A program made the position numbers and the translations under genes. DNA of 64,000 bases, taken from contig CAVYQE010000006.1 of the NCBI GenBank assembly GCA_963770565.1, positions 32,001 through 96,000 on the forward strand, read 5' to 3'. Below, piece by piece: positions 9,807 through 22,760 of the stretch. How positions within the stretch are numbered: position 1 is the first letter of the stretch; the number at the start of each line of letters is the position of its first letter. This DNA is from an uncultured Actinomycetota bacterium. GTDB lineage: Bacteria; Actinomycetota; Actinomycetes; JAFAQI01. Below the pieces are notes generated by a model. That model did not search any database and was not told the DNA's origin. It saw nothing but the letters and a program-made list of their open reading frames with translations.

Positions 9807-11786
9807 ATGGGGCGGCGGAGCGCGGCACCACGCTCGGCCACGCGGCTTTTCGCCACATTTGCGGCGGCAAGCCTCGTGCCGGTACTCCTGCTCGGCTTCA
9901 TCCTGGCCGACAGCTATCGCCGCGACGCCAACGCGCGCGGGCTGTCCGAGGGTCGCGCTGAGGCCGGGCTGCTCGCCCGGACCGCGGTCGCGCCGCTGCT
10001 CGACGGGCGTGACCTGCGCTCGACGCTGAGCGTGCCGGAAACCGCCGCGCTGCAGCGGATGAGCAGCGCAGCGATCACCGCCGGTCAGATCGTCCGGCTG
10101 CGGCTGCGCGATCTCGACGGGACGGTGGTCTTCGCCACCGACGGTGCCGGGATCCACGATCCCGCGGATGACGAGGCGCTGGACGCCGCAAAGGGCGAAG
10201 TCGTCGCCGAGACGACGCACCTCAACGCCGACAACAACCCGAACGGTCCCCAAGGGATCCGGGTGGCCGAGGTCTACTGGCCGCTGATGGCGGGCTGGCC
10301 CGCGCACCGGGTCGGGGTGCTCGAGGTCTACCTGCCGTACGCCCCGATCGCCCACGACGTCAACGCGCAACTCGATGCGTTGTACCGCGACCTGGGAGTC
10401 GGTCTCGGCGCGCTCTATCTGCTCCTTGCTGCGATCTCATACTCGGCGACCCGACGGCTGCGGGCGCAGGTCGCGCGCAACGCTTACCTGGCCGAGCACG
10501 ACGTGCTCACCGGGCTGCCGAATCGCGAGCTGTTCCACCGGCGGGTCATCGACGCGATCGACGCCGCCGGCGGCGGTGGTGCGGTCGCGGTGGCGGTGAT
10601 CGACCTCGACCGCTTCAAAGAGGTCAACGACACCCTCGGCCACAGCAACGGCGACGCGCTGCTGCGCGAGCTCGGCCGTCGGCTCGGTGACATGGTGCGC
10701 GGCGACGACACGGTGGCCCGGCTCGGCGGGGACGAGTTCGGCGTCGTACTCAGCGGGGTGCACGACCCGGAGCATGTCCGGTTGGTGCTGACCCGGCTGC
10801 TCGAGGTGCTGCAGCGCGAGGTCGAGGTCGGCGGACTGCCGCTGACCGCAGACGCGAGCGTCGGCTTCGCGCTCTCGCCCGACGACGGCACCGACGTGGA
10901 CACGCTGCTCCAGCACGCCGATGTGGCCATGTACGTCGCCAAAGCCGGGCCGAGTCCGGTCGTGCGATACGACCCGGTGCACGACCACTACGACTCGACC
11001 AAGCTCGCGCTGCTCGGCGAGCTTCGCCATGCCATCGCCGGCGAGCAGCTGGTGTTGCACTACCAGCCGAAAGCGTGCCTCGGCACCGGCCGGATCACTG
11101 CAGTCGAGGCGCTGGTGCGCTGGAACCACCCGGAACGCGGGCTGCTCTACCCCGACAGCTTCGTGCCGCTCGCCGAGCAGACCGGCATCATCGAGGCGCT
11201 CACGCGTTGGGTGTTGCGCGACGCGCTCGGCCAACTCGTGACATGGGGCCGCGCGACCGGTGACCTGGCCGTGGCGGTCAACATCTCGGCTCGCAGCATC
11301 TCGCGTGGCGACTTCGCCGAGATGGTGATGACCGAGATCTCGCGAAGCGGGGTGTCGCCCGAGCGGCTGCTGCTCGAGATCACCGAGACAGCGTTGGTCA
11401 GCGATCCGGAGCGCGCCGGTCGAAGCCTGCGCCAGCTTGCCGCCGCCGGCGTACGGGTCAGCCTCGACGACTTCGGCCGGGGTCAGACCTCGCTCGGCTA
11501 TCTTTCGACCCTGCCGCTGCACGAGGTCAAGATCGACAAGAGCTTCGTGCTCGACATGCTGCACGACCGCTCGCATGCAGCGATCGTGCGGTCGGTGATC
11601 GACCTTGCGCACAACCTTGGCTTCGAGGTCGTCGCCGAGGGGGTCGAGACCGAGCAGACGCTGGCCGCGCTGACCGATCTCGGCTGCGACATCGCGCAGG
11701 GATTCCTGCTCGCGCGTCCGATGCCGGCCGCAGCTCTCCCGGCCTGGCTCAATGCGCATCAGCCGACGGTCCTGGTCGAGCCCTAG
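9807..11786 (+). CDS. Membrane-anchored diguanylate cyclase/phosphodiesterase (GGDEF-EAL)
   Basis: Two TM segments around an extracytoplasmic region; HDVLTGLPNR, ARLGGDEF, VEALVRW, DDFGRG, KIDKSF, VAEGVE. Confidence 0.93.
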   Translation: MGRRSAAPRSATRLFATFAAASLVPVLLLGFILADSYRRDANARGLSEGRAEAGLLARTAVAPLLDGRDLRSTLSVPETAALQRMSSAAITAGQIVRLRLRDLDGTVVFATDGAGIHDPADDEALDAAKGEVVAETTHLNADNNPNGPQGIRVAEVYWPLMAGWPAHRVGVLEVYLPYAPIAHDVNAQLDALYRDLGVGLGALYLLLAAISYSATRRLRAQVARNAYLAEHDVLTGLPNRELFHRRVIDAIDAAGGGGAVAVAVIDLDRFKEVNDTLGHSNGDALLRELGRRLGDMVRGDDTVARLGGDEFGVVLSGVHDPEHVRLVLTRLLEVLQREVEVGGLPLTADASVGFALSPDDGTDVDTLLQHADVAMYVAKAGPSPVVRYDPVHDHYDSTKLALLGELRHAIAGEQLVLHYQPKACLGTGRITAVEALVRWNHPERGLLYPDSFVPLAEQTGIIEALTRWVLRDALGQLVTWGRATGDLAVAVNISARSISRGDFAEMVMTEISRSGVSPERLLLEITETALVSDPERAGRSLRQLAAAGVRVSLDDFGRGQTSLGYLSTLPLHEVKIDKSFVLDMLHDRSHAAIVRSVIDLAHNLGFEVVAEGVETEQTLAALTDLGCDIAQGFLLARPMPAAALPAWLNAHQPTVLVEP

Positions 11787-11814
11787 TAGAGCCGCGCTCG
11801 GACATTGCGATCGG

Positions 11815-11960
11815 CCCCACCGATGGGCCACGGGTGTGCCGATACCCCACCGATGGGCCATCAATGGGGCCATAGCCCCACCAATGGGCCATGCGTGGGC
11901 CAATAGCCCCACCGATGGGCCATGCGTGTGGCCGTAGCCCCACCAATGGGCCATGCGTGG
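11815..11960. repeat. Five-copy tandem repeat, ~31-bp period, core CCCCACCRATGGGCCA
   Basis: Cores start at 11815, 11845, 11876, 11907 and 11938, between convergent genes. Confidence 0.9.
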
Positions 11961-11967
11961 GGTTGTG

Positions 11968-14214
<2,247 letters not shown>

Positions 14215-14247
14215 CGGGTCACCGTCACCGTCACTGTGCGCGAGGGG

Positions 14248-15808
14248 TCAGCTCGGCAGCCGGAAAGACTCGTCGGGCACCAGTTCGACGACGTCCATCT
14301 GCGCTTTCTGGAGCCGGCCCGAGTAGTCCCAGTTCATCGACTGCCAGCGGGTGAACTGGTCGAGCACCCACACGCCGGACTGCCGCGAGCCGTTGCCGGA
14401 CTTGCCGTTGCCCCCGAACGGAAGGTGCGCCTCGGCGCCCGAGGTCGAGTTGTTGATGCTCACCATGCCGGCGCTGATGCCGCGACGGAACCGGAACGCG
14501 TCGTTGGCATCGGTGGTGTAGATCGACGACGACAGGCCGTAGCCGGGCGCGTTCGCCAGCCGGATCGCCTCGTCAAGATCGCGGTACGTCGTGACCCCGA
14601 CGAGCGGCCCGAACGTCTCGTTGCGGAAGATCTCGTCGGTCTCGCGGACTCCGTCGACGATCGTCGGGTGGTAGTAGACGCCTGCCTCCGGGTCGCCGAC
14701 GAACCCGTCGCGCGGGTTCGCGGCGGTGATCCGGCCGGTGGCGGACGAGCCGAGCACGGTGTGGTGCGGCTGGATCCAGCCGAGGAAGTCGTCGAAGCGC
14801 TCGCCGAACTTCGGGTCGAGCATCGGCCCGAAGACGACCGCTTGGGTGGGGTCGCCGACCGCGGCCTGCTGGGTCAGCTTGTCGAAGCGGGCCAGGAAGT
14901 CGTCGTGGACGCTCTCGTGCGCGATGACCGTGCCGAGCGAGGTGCACCGCTGGCCGGCGGTGCCGAAGCCGGAGAACAGCGCCGCCTCCGCGGCCAGGTC
15001 GAGGTCCGCGCTGGGGGTGACGACCATCGGGTTCTTGCCGCCGAGCTCGAGGCAGGCGGACTGCAGGTGGCGGCCGGTCAGCTCGCCGATCTTCGACCCG
15101 ACCTGGCTAGACCCGGTGAAGCCGACCTTGTCGACGTACCCGGCGTCGAGCGCCTCGGACAGTCCGGCGAAGGTGGCCTCGCCGTCGGCAAGGACCAGGT
15201 TGAGGACTCCGTCGGGGATCCCGCCGCCGCGCACGAACAGCTCGTACAACGCCTCGCCGCAGGCGGGTGAGTAGTCGGCCGGCTTCCAGACCACCGCGTT
15301 GCCGCACAGCAGGGCCGGCACGAGATACCAGGACGGTACGGCGACCGGGAAGTTGCCCGCGGTGATGATCGCGGCGACGCCGACCGGGTTGCGGAAGGTG
15401 AACAGCTGCTTGTCGGGCATCTCGCTCGGGACGGTCTGGCCGTAAAGCCGGCGGCCCTCGCCGAGGAAGAAGTCGCAGGTGTCGACGATCTCGCGCACCT
15501 CGCCGAGGGCTTCGGCGTACGGCTTGCCGATCTCTCGTGTCACCAGCCGGGCGAGCGACTCGGCGTTGGCCTCGACGACGCCGCCCGATGTGGGCGATCG
15601 CCCGGCCGCGGACCGGTGCCGGTACGTCGGCCCAGGCCAGCTGGGCCTCGCGAGCCGCGCGGCAAGCCGCGACGAAGGTGGCGGAGTCGCCGAGCTCGAC
15701 GTCCGCGACCAGGTCGTCGAGCTGGGCCGGGTTGCAGTCGGCCAGCCGGCCGCCGGGCGCGCCGGTGGCGGGCGCGCCACCGATGACCGAGGTGATCGTG
15801 CGAGTCAT
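14248..15808 (-). CDS. Aldehyde dehydrogenase (possibly piperideine-6-carboxylate/aminoadipate-semialdehyde dehydrogenase); 1-nt frameshift near 15580
   Basis: N-terminus in ORF 15107..15808 and remainder in ORF 14248..15780; AGNFP, FTGS, LELGGKN, GQRCTS, ETFGP; directly downstream of lat. Confidence 0.85.
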
Positions 15809-15842
15809 GTGGTTGCTCTCTGGGTCTGCAGGGTGGTGTTGC

Positions 15843-17195
15843 TTAGGAGTCTGCTCCTGCGCCGAGCCGGGTGAGCACCCGGTCGAGCGCAGCGATGCCG
15901 ACGCCCAGCTCGTCTTCAGTGACGGACAGGGTCGGGCGGAAGCGGATCGAGCGCTCGCCGCAGGTCAGGGTCACTACTCGCTCGTCCTTCAGCCCCTTGG
16001 CTAGCGCGTCGCGGACGCTTTCGCTCGGCAGGTCGAACGCGCACATCAGGCCACGCCCGCGGACGTTGGACACCAGCGCGGGGTGCCGCTCGCCCAGGTC
16101 GCGAAGCTGGCTCTGGAAGACCTCGCCGACCTTGGCGGCGTGGTCGAACAGGCCGTCGGCTTCGATGATCTCGAGGATCCGGCGCGAGCGGACCATGTCG
16201 ACCAGGCCGCCGCCCCAGGTCGAGTTGATCCGGCCCGACTCGGCGAAGACGTTCTTGGCCACCTCGTCGACCCGCCGCCCGGCCATGATTCCGCCGAGCT
16301 GCACCTTCTTGGCGAACGCGACGATGTCGGGCTCGAGTCCGAGCTGCTGGTAGAGCCACGGCGTGCCGGTGAGCCCGACGCCGGTCTGCACCTCGTCGAG
16401 GATGAACAGCGCGTCGTACGTGTGACACAGCGCCTGCATCGCCTGCAGGAACTCCGCGCGCATGTGGTTGTCGCCGCCCTCGCCCTGGATCGGCTCGGCG
16501 ATGAAGCAGGCGATGTCGTGCGGGTGCGCCTCGAAGGCGGCCTTCGCCTGCGCGAGCGCGTGTGCCTCGGCGGCCTCGATCTCGGCCAGGTGGTCCGCGA
16601 TCGGGAAGGTGGCCGCCGGGGTGTCGATCCGCGGCCAGTCGAACTTGGGGAACCGGTCGGTCTTGTTCGGGTCGGTGTTGGTCAGCGAGAGGGTGTACCC
16701 GGAGCGGCCGTGGAAGGCCTTGGTCAGGTGCATGACCTTCGTACCGAGGTCGCGGGAGCGACCGGCCGCCTCGTTGCGCTGGCTCTTCCAGTCGAAGGCG
16801 GCCTTCAGCGCGTTCTCGACCGCGAGCGCGCCGCCCTCGACGAAGAACAGGTGCGGGAGCGCGGGATCGCCGAGGACCCGCGCGAAGGTCACGACGAACT
16901 CGGCGAGATGCGTGCTGTAGATGTCGGGGTTGGCCGGCTTGCTCGCTGCGACCCCGCCGAGCAGGGCCATGAACTCGGGGTCGTCGGCAAGGCCGGGCGG
17001 GTTCGCACCGAGCGGCGAGGAGGCGAAGTAGGTGTAGAGGTCGAGATGCTCGCTGCCGTCGCGGGCGTCGACGAGCCAGCTGCCATGGCTGCGCTCGACG
17101 TCGAGCACGAGCTCGAGGCCGTCGGTGAGCAGATGATCGGCAAGGCGGGCGTGCACCTGGTCCGCGGGCACGTTAACGCCCTGACGTGCTGGCAT
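15843..17195 (-). CDS. lat: L-lysine 6-transaminase
   Basis: KPANPDIY, LFFVEGGALAVENALKAAFDWK, FHGRSGYTLSLTNT, EPIQGEGGD, DEVQTG, STWGG; AAGGAGG RBS upstream of ATG 17195. Confidence 0.93.
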   Translation of the reverse strand: MPARQGVNVPADQVHARLADHLLTDGLELVLDVERSHGSWLVDARDGSEHLDLYTYFASSPLGANPPGLADDPEFMALLGGVAASKPANPDIYSTHLAEFVVTFARVLGDPALPHLFFVEGGALAVENALKAAFDWKSQRNEAAGRSRDLGTKVMHLTKAFHGRSGYTLSLTNTDPNKTDRFPKFDWPRIDTPAATFPIADHLAEIEAAEAHALAQAKAAFEAHPHDIACFIAEPIQGEGGDNHMRAEFLQAMQALCHTYDALFILDEVQTGVGLTGTPWLYQQLGLEPDIVAFAKKVQLGGIMAGRRVDEVAKNVFAESGRINSTWGGGLVDMVRSRRILEIIEADGLFDHAAKVGEVFQSQLRDLGERHPALVSNVRGRGLMCAFDLPSESVRDALAKGLKDERVVTLTCGERSIRFRPTLSVTEDELGVGIAALDRVLTRLGAGADS

Positions 17196-17310
17196 GACGC
17201 CTCCTTGGGTCATTGAGGGATCTCTTTGCTCCGACCCTCCAGTATGCCGAAGAACATTCGGTGCGTCACGGCAATATCAGGACGATCTTTACTCGATCGG
17301 ACCCCTCCCA

Positions 17311-17392
17311 AAGCAATGTCACATTGCCCAGGGGTTTTGTGGGGTAATGCCACATTCCCCCATGGTTTGTCCATGCAATGTGACATTGCCTG
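17311..17392. repeat. Palindromic intergenic element (REP/MITE-like), copy 2
   Basis: GCAATGTCACATTGC at 17313, degenerate GTAATGCCACATTCC at 17344, GCAATGTGACATTGC at 17374. Confidence 0.85.
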
Positions 17393-17429
17393 GTACGGGC
17401 GGGTGCGGGGTGGGTGGGTATGGGTGCAG

Positions 17430-18128
17430 CTAGCAGCCTGGGACGTCGGGGATCGTCAGGACCAGGCCCGGGCCGGCGGCCTGCAGGACGAGGCCGGCCG
17501 GGGTCGCGGTGACCGAGGTCAGGCCGAGTGAGGTGAGCAGCGACGGCAGCCGCACCCGCCGCTGCGCAAGGGACTGACCGGTCCGGGCCGCGGTCCGTTC
17601 GGCCTGCGCCCAGGGGACCTGCTTGCCGGCCAGCATCACCCGCACCGGGGTGACGACGACCGTGTCGCCCTCGAGCGCGACGTCGGCGTACACCGTCGAG
17701 CCCTGCGTGTCGTCGGCCTTGTCGGTCGAGGTGAACAGCAACTGGCCGTCGGCCTCCGAGGCCGAGACGTCCTTGCCGGCCGCGGCGCCGATCGTGCTGA
17801 ACGGTACGACGACGTCCACCTGGCCGTGCCCGGCGTCCAACCGGCTGTGCCCGACCTCGCGGACGTCGTACAGGTCGGCGTTGAGGTTGACCGGGCCGCC
17901 GGGCTGGCGCAGGCCCTGGCTGTGAATCGTGATGTGGCGGTAGCGGTTGCGGACGATCTGCGGGATGAGCAGCGGACCCCCGATCCCGACCGAGCTGTGT
18001 ATCGCGTCGAGCCTGCAGTTCGTCTGCCGGCCCAGCCGGTGTTCGGCGGCCGCCCGCAGGCCCTGATCGCCGACCGCGACGAGCGCGACCACGACGGCCG
18101 ACCCGATCGCCATCCGCCGCACCAGCAC
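17430..18128 (-). CDS. DUF2993/LmeA-like membrane-anchored protein
   Basis: N-terminal TM followed by D..R..AE, SVGIGGPLLIPQ, and a beta-rich C-terminus. Confidence 0.65.
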   Translation of the reverse strand: MLVRRMAIGSAVVVALVAVGDQGLRAAAEHRLGRQTNCRLDAIHSSVGIGGPLLIPQIVRNRYRHITIHSQGLRQPGGPVNLNADLYDVREVGHSRLDAGHGQVDVVVPFSTIGAAAGKDVSASEADGQLLFTSTDKADDTQGSTVYADVALEGDTVVVTPVRVMLAGKQVPWAQAERTAARTGQSLAQRRVRLPSLLTSLGLTSVTATPAGLVLQAAGPGLVLTIPDVPGC

Positions 18129-18269
18129 GCCCTGCTCCTCAGCCGAGACCCTGCCCCCAGGCTCTCAGATTGCCGCCCGCGCGGGGCGCGATCACGATTC
18201 GGCGACGATTTGGCGCCCATCGTCGCGAAGGCCGACGGCGGTCGACCAGAGTTCGGGTGAGGAGGCCAG

Positions 18270-21200
18270 GTGCGACAGTCGAGGCTGTGGGCGTGGGGCT
18301 CATTCGGGCTGGCCGGGCTATGGCACCGCCGGGGAATCGCAGTCATGGTCCTCGTCACGACCATGCTTGCCGCCGGTGCCGCTGACGGCGCCTTCATCTA
18401 CCGCGCCGCAGCGGCGACGTCGGGACTGCGGGCCCGGCTGGTCGCAGCTACGCCGCAGGACTCGGGTGTCGTGGTGGGTGCCGGCGGGACGCCGCGCGAC
18501 GACCCGGCCGGCGCGCTGAGTGCGCTCGTGCGGAACCTTCCGTCTGCGTCGCAACGGATCGTTGGTACGTCGATCCAGGCCTACCTCAAACGACCCGGGA
18601 AGGTCGACGCCCCGGTCGCGCTGCTGACCAGTACGAACCTGTGCGCACAGGTGCACATCGTGGCCGGAGCCTGCCCGACCACCGGGCTCGAGATCGCACT
18701 GCCGGCAACGGTCGCGAGCAGCCTCGGCTGGTCGGTCGGCCGCACCGTGACCATCGGCCAGTGGGAACGCGAGCCGAACGGGCCCCTCGACACCAACATT
18801 CTCGGCGTGTCGATCTTCCACTCGCAGCGCCCGGTGCCGCCGGAGCTCCGGCCCCTGCACCTGACGCTGGTCGGCACCTATCAAGTGCCGGATCCGGCGG
18901 CGGCGTACTGGATGGGGAGCCCTCCGGTCACCACGTTCGGGGCGACGCAGGCACTGTCCACCACCCTCATCGCGACGCCGGCCGACTTCGCCGCGATCCC
19001 GCACTTCACCGTCGCGCAGGTCTTTGTCGCTCAGCCGCTGAAGGCGTCCACGATCGTGACCAGCGAGGTGCCGGCGCTGCGTGCAGCGATTGCGACGATG
19101 TCCGCGATCGACCCGACCGGCCACGTGAGCGTGACCACGGCACTTCCGCAGCTGCTCACCCTTGACGCGGCCGATCAGACCGCGCTGGGTCAGGTGACCC
19201 TGGTGTCGGTCGCCCAACTGCTCGCGCTGCTCGCGTTGGTTCTGGTCGTCGTCTTGTGGGTTTCGTCGGCGGCCCGGCGGACCGAGATGATGGCGGCCAG
19301 CCTTCGGGGCCGGCGCCTGATCGGGGTGGCGGGCGAGGTTGCGATCGAGCCCGCCCTGCTCGTCCTGGCCGGGTCGGTGGCCGGGGCCGCCCTGGCGCCG
19401 GTCGGCGTGCGAATCGCGGTCGGGCGCTGGCTGCGCGGCGGGACCCCGGTGCCGTCACTGCCGCACGACGGCGAGCTCGGGGTCCTCGCGGTGGCCGCGG
19501 GCGGCGTCGTCGCGGCCGCGGTGATCGCGTTGATCGCGACCCGGCGCACGTCGATCCTGCAGGCCGCGACCGAGCCGAGGAGCGCCGCCGCGTGGTGGGA
19601 GATCGCGGTTTTCACGGTCGCATTGGGCGGGTTGGTCGAGCTCCTGACCGCGGGCGGGATCCGGTCGCACACCACCCCGTGGGCCCTGGTGTCGCCGTCG
19701 ATCTGCGGCCTCGCGGTCGCCCTGCTGCTCGCCCGTGGCCTGCCGCCCCTGCTCGGCCCGATCGTGAAACGCACCCGGCGGACGAGCTGGCTCTCGCTCT
19801 ACCTGCTGGTCCGCGAGCTACGGCGTGACATCGTCGCCTGGCGGGTCACCGCGGTGGTCGCGATGTCGGTCAGCCTGCTCGCGTTCGCGGTGGCGATTGA
19901 TCGGGGCGCGGTGAACGATCGACAGGACCGCGCCGGCCTGATCGTCGGCGCGGACCGGGTCGTGACGGTCGAGGTCCCGTCGCTGAAAGCGCTGCCGGGC
20001 ATCGTGAATCGGCTCGATCCCGACGGTCGCTGGGCGATGGCGGCGGTCCAGGTGAACCCGCTCGGGTCACCGGACGAGCGCACCCTCGCGGTCGACGCGC
20101 GCCGGTTGCCGGCGGTCGCGGGCTGGTCCCGCCGGGTGGCCGGGATGACACCGGCTCAGCTGGCGAAGGTGCTCGAGGCAACTCAGCCCGCGCCGTACCA
20201 GTTCACCGGCGCCGCCCTGCGCCGGCCGATCATCGACGGCGCCCGCGACAAGGTCCCGATTTCGTTGACCTTGCGGTTCGCGCTGCCCAGCGGCACGCGC
20301 CGGATCGTGCAGGGCCCGGCTCTCGAGCGCGGCCGGCACCTGTACTCGTGGCCGACCCCCGGCTGTACAACCGGCGGCAGTTGTCGGCTGCTGTCGATCA
20401 GCGTCGCCAAGCCGCCCCGCCGTGAGCACCTCGACATCACGATCGACGGGCTCGGCGCCGGTCCCTGGGTCGCCAACAACGTCGGGGCGCATCACAGCAG
20501 CGCCGGCTGGCAGCTCGCCGCCGGGCACTACCGCTCGCTGCTCGGGACCGAGTCGCTGATCCGGGCCGAGGCGCCGCGCGCGATCCCCGCGATCCTCTCG
20601 CCCGGGCAGCCGCTCGTCGTCGGCGTCGACTCCGAGCAGCCGCGGGTGAAGGTCGTGGCAAAGGCAGCCGCGCTGCCGAGGCTGCTCAACGACGGCTCGC
20701 TCGTCGACTTGTCGTACCTGCTTCTTGCCGACACCGGCGCCGACCCCGGTACGACGCAGATCCAGCCGCAAGTGTGGTTGGGGGATGGCGCACCGGCCGA
20801 TGCCGTCGCGCGGCTCGAAGCGATGCACGTGTCGGTCACATCGGTCCACACTCGCGCCGCCGAGGTCGCGCAGCTCAATGACCTGGATCCGGCGCTGGGG
20901 CTCGATGCCTATCTCGCGGTGTCGGCGCTCGCCGTGCTGCTCTCGCTGGCATTGTTGTGCGGTCAGGGCGCGGTCGCTGCCCGCCGTCGCCGCAGCGAGT
21001 ACGTCGCATTGGCGACTGCAGGCGTCTCGCGGTTCTCGCTCGGGTGCGGCTGGTTCGCGGCCGCGGTCGTCCGGCTCGGCTTCTGCGTCGGCGCCGGCGC
21101 GACGGCCGGTCTGTTCGTGGCAAGACTCGCGGCATCCGGTGTGCCGCTGGCCGCGCGCGGCTCGGTGCCTGCGCCGATTCTCGTCGTACAGATCCTGCCG

Positions 21201-21314
21201 GCCGTGGTCGCAGCAATCGCCACCCTGCTGCCGTTGGTGGTAGCTGAGGCCTTCAGCGTGCGTTGGTCGATCCGCACGGTCGGGCTCCGGCGAGCGAGGG
21301 AGACCGCGGCATGA
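18270..21314 (+). CDS. FtsX-like ABC transporter permease, duplicated architecture
   Basis: 1014 aa with several TM clusters and RRTE/RRSE motifs; overlaps the downstream ATPase gene. Confidence 0.8.
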   Translation: MRQSRLWAWGSFGLAGLWHRRGIAVMVLVTTMLAAGAADGAFIYRAAAATSGLRARLVAATPQDSGVVVGAGGTPRDDPAGALSALVRNLPSASQRIVGTSIQAYLKRPGKVDAPVALLTSTNLCAQVHIVAGACPTTGLEIALPATVASSLGWSVGRTVTIGQWEREPNGPLDTNILGVSIFHSQRPVPPELRPLHLTLVGTYQVPDPAAAYWMGSPPVTTFGATQALSTTLIATPADFAAIPHFTVAQVFVAQPLKASTIVTSEVPALRAAIATMSAIDPTGHVSVTTALPQLLTLDAADQTALGQVTLVSVAQLLALLALVLVVVLWVSSAARRTEMMAASLRGRRLIGVAGEVAIEPALLVLAGSVAGAALAPVGVRIAVGRWLRGGTPVPSLPHDGELGVLAVAAGGVVAAAVIALIATRRTSILQAATEPRSAAAWWEIAVFTVALGGLVELLTAGGIRSHTTPWALVSPSICGLAVALLLARGLPPLLGPIVKRTRRTSWLSLYLLVRELRRDIVAWRVTAVVAMSVSLLAFAVAIDRGAVNDRQDRAGLIVGADRVVTVEVPSLKALPGIVNRLDPDGRWAMAAVQVNPLGSPDERTLAVDARRLPAVAGWSRRVAGMTPAQLAKVLEATQPAPYQFTGAALRRPIIDGARDKVPISLTLRFALPSGTRRIVQGPALERGRHLYSWPTPGCTTGGSCRLLSISVAKPPRREHLDITIDGLGAGPWVANNVGAHHSSAGWQLAAGHYRSLLGTESLIRAEAPRAIPAILSPGQPLVVGVDSEQPRVKVVAKAAALPRLLNDGSLVDLSYLLLADTGADPGTTQIQPQVWLGDGAPADAVARLEAMHVSVTSVHTRAAEVAQLNDLDPALGLDAYLAVSALAVLLSLALLCGQGAVAARRRRSEYVALATAGVSRFSLGCGWFAAAVVRLGFCVGAGATAGLFVARLAASGVPLAARGSVPAPILVVQILPAVVAAIATLLPLVVAEAFSVRWSIRTVGLRRARETAA

Positions 21315-22132
21315 GCGGGGTGCGGGGGGCGGAGGTCTGGCTGCGTGAGGTGACCCATCTCTACCAGCGCCAGGGCGAGCAGGTGGTCGCGCTGCGGGAC
21401 GTCTACCTGCATGTCGAGTCGGGCGAGTCGGTCGCACTGCTCGGGCCTTCGGGCTCGGGGAAGTCGACGTTGTTGAGCTTGCTGTCCGGCTTGCAGACTC
21501 CGACCACGGGCGAGGTCGCCATCGATGGGCGGACCCTGAGCTCGCGCGAGTCACGTGGCGGCCGCCGGATCCGTCGCGACACGGTCGGTTTGCTGGTCCA
21601 GGATCCGACCACGGTGTTGCCGCCGTTCGCGACGCCGCAGCAACTACTGCGGTTGGCGGGCGACCGCAACCCGGAGCTGACCTTGGCCCGGTACGGCATG
21701 CGACCGAAGGCGCAGCAACCTCTCGGCACGATGTCGGCCGGTGAGCAGCAGCGAATCGCGCTGGCGGTCACGATGGCCCGCCGGCCCGCGCTGCTGTTGG
21801 CCGACGAGCCGACCAGCCGGCTCGACGCCGAAGCGAAGGCGGTCGTGGTCGCCGCGCTGCACGAGACGACCAGGGAAACCGGTACGACGGTGATCGCGGT
21901 CACCCACGACCGCGCAGTGGCGGAGACGTTCCCGCGGACCGTCACGATGCTCAACGGCCGGGTCGGAACGGACGGTTCGGCGTTCGACGCCTACGCCATC
22001 GTCGGGCCGGACGGAACGCTGCCCCTGACTCCGGACGCGCTGGCGCTGCTGCCACCCGGGAGCCGGGTGCGGATCATCGCCGACGCGCCGCACGTGCGAC
22101 TGAGCCGCTCGGACGAGGAGGACGGGTCGTGA
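21311..22132 (+). CDS. ABC transporter ATP-binding protein
   Basis: [28 protein letters not shown]; C-terminal AbrB-like extension. Confidence 0.9.
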   Translation: MSGVRGAEVWLREVTHLYQRQGEQVVALRDVYLHVESGESVALLGPSGSGKSTLLSLLSGLQTPTTGEVAIDGRTLSSRESRGGRRIRRDTVGLLVQDPTTVLPPFATPQQLLRLAGDRNPELTLARYGMRPKAQQPLGTMSAGEQQRIALAVTMARRPALLLADEPTSRLDAEAKAVVVAALHETTRETGTTVIAVTHDRAVAETFPRTVTMLNGRVGTDGSAFDAYAIVGPDGTLPLTPDALALLPPGSRVRIIADAPHVRLSRSDEEDGS

Positions 22133-22743
22133 CGCTGCGACTGGAGGGCTTCGGCGTACGGGTCGGGGATCGACAGCTGCTCGATCCGCTCGACCTCACC
22201 TTGGACGACGGTCTCCTGCTCGCGATCGTCGGCGCGAGCGGCTCGGGCAAGACCAGCGTGCTGGCGGCGTTGGCCGGCCTTTCGCACCCGGCGCACGGTG
22301 TCGCGCTGGTCGACGACGAGCCGGTCGATGAGATCGACCGTCGGCGGATCGGCGTGGTCACGCAGCCGGTCGTGCTCGCCGCGACGTTGACGGTCGAGGA
22401 GAACATCAGCCTTCCGCTGCAGGCCTCCGGGCGATCCGCCGAGGACATCGACACCAAGACCGTCGAGGTGCTGGCCCAGCTTCGGCTCGACCGGCTCGCC
22501 GACCGCTTGCCGGCGCAGCTCTCCGGCGGTCAGCGGCAGCGGGTCGCGACCGCTCGCGCGGTGATCGGCCGGCCCCGGCTGCTGGTCGCCGACGAGCCGA
22601 CCAGCGAGCTCGACGAAGCGTCACGCGACCGGGTCATGGATGTGCTTCGGGTCGCCGCCGGCTTCGGCGCGGCCGTCGTAATCGCGACGCACGACGCCGC
22701 GATCGCTGAAGCCTGCGACCGCCGGCTGGTTCTCACCGGCTGA
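22129..22743 (+). CDS. ABC transporter ATP-binding protein
   Basis: GASGSGKT, LSGGQRQR, VADEPT, ATHD. Confidence 0.9.
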   Translation: MTLRLEGFGVRVGDRQLLDPLDLTLDDGLLLAIVGASGSGKTSVLAALAGLSHPAHGVALVDDEPVDEIDRRRIGVVTQPVVLAATLTVEENISLPLQASGRSAEDIDTKTVEVLAQLRLDRLADRLPAQLSGGQRQRVATARAVIGRPRLLVADEPTSELDEASRDRVMDVLRVAAGFGAAVVIATHDAAIAEACDRRLVLTG

Positions 22744-22760
22744 GTCGTCTGCGGGTCCGG

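Noticed and set aside
11815-11960. CRISPR array
   Set aside because: The repeat core is only 16 bp, the linkers are 14-15 bp and resemble each other, and there are no cas genes in the window.
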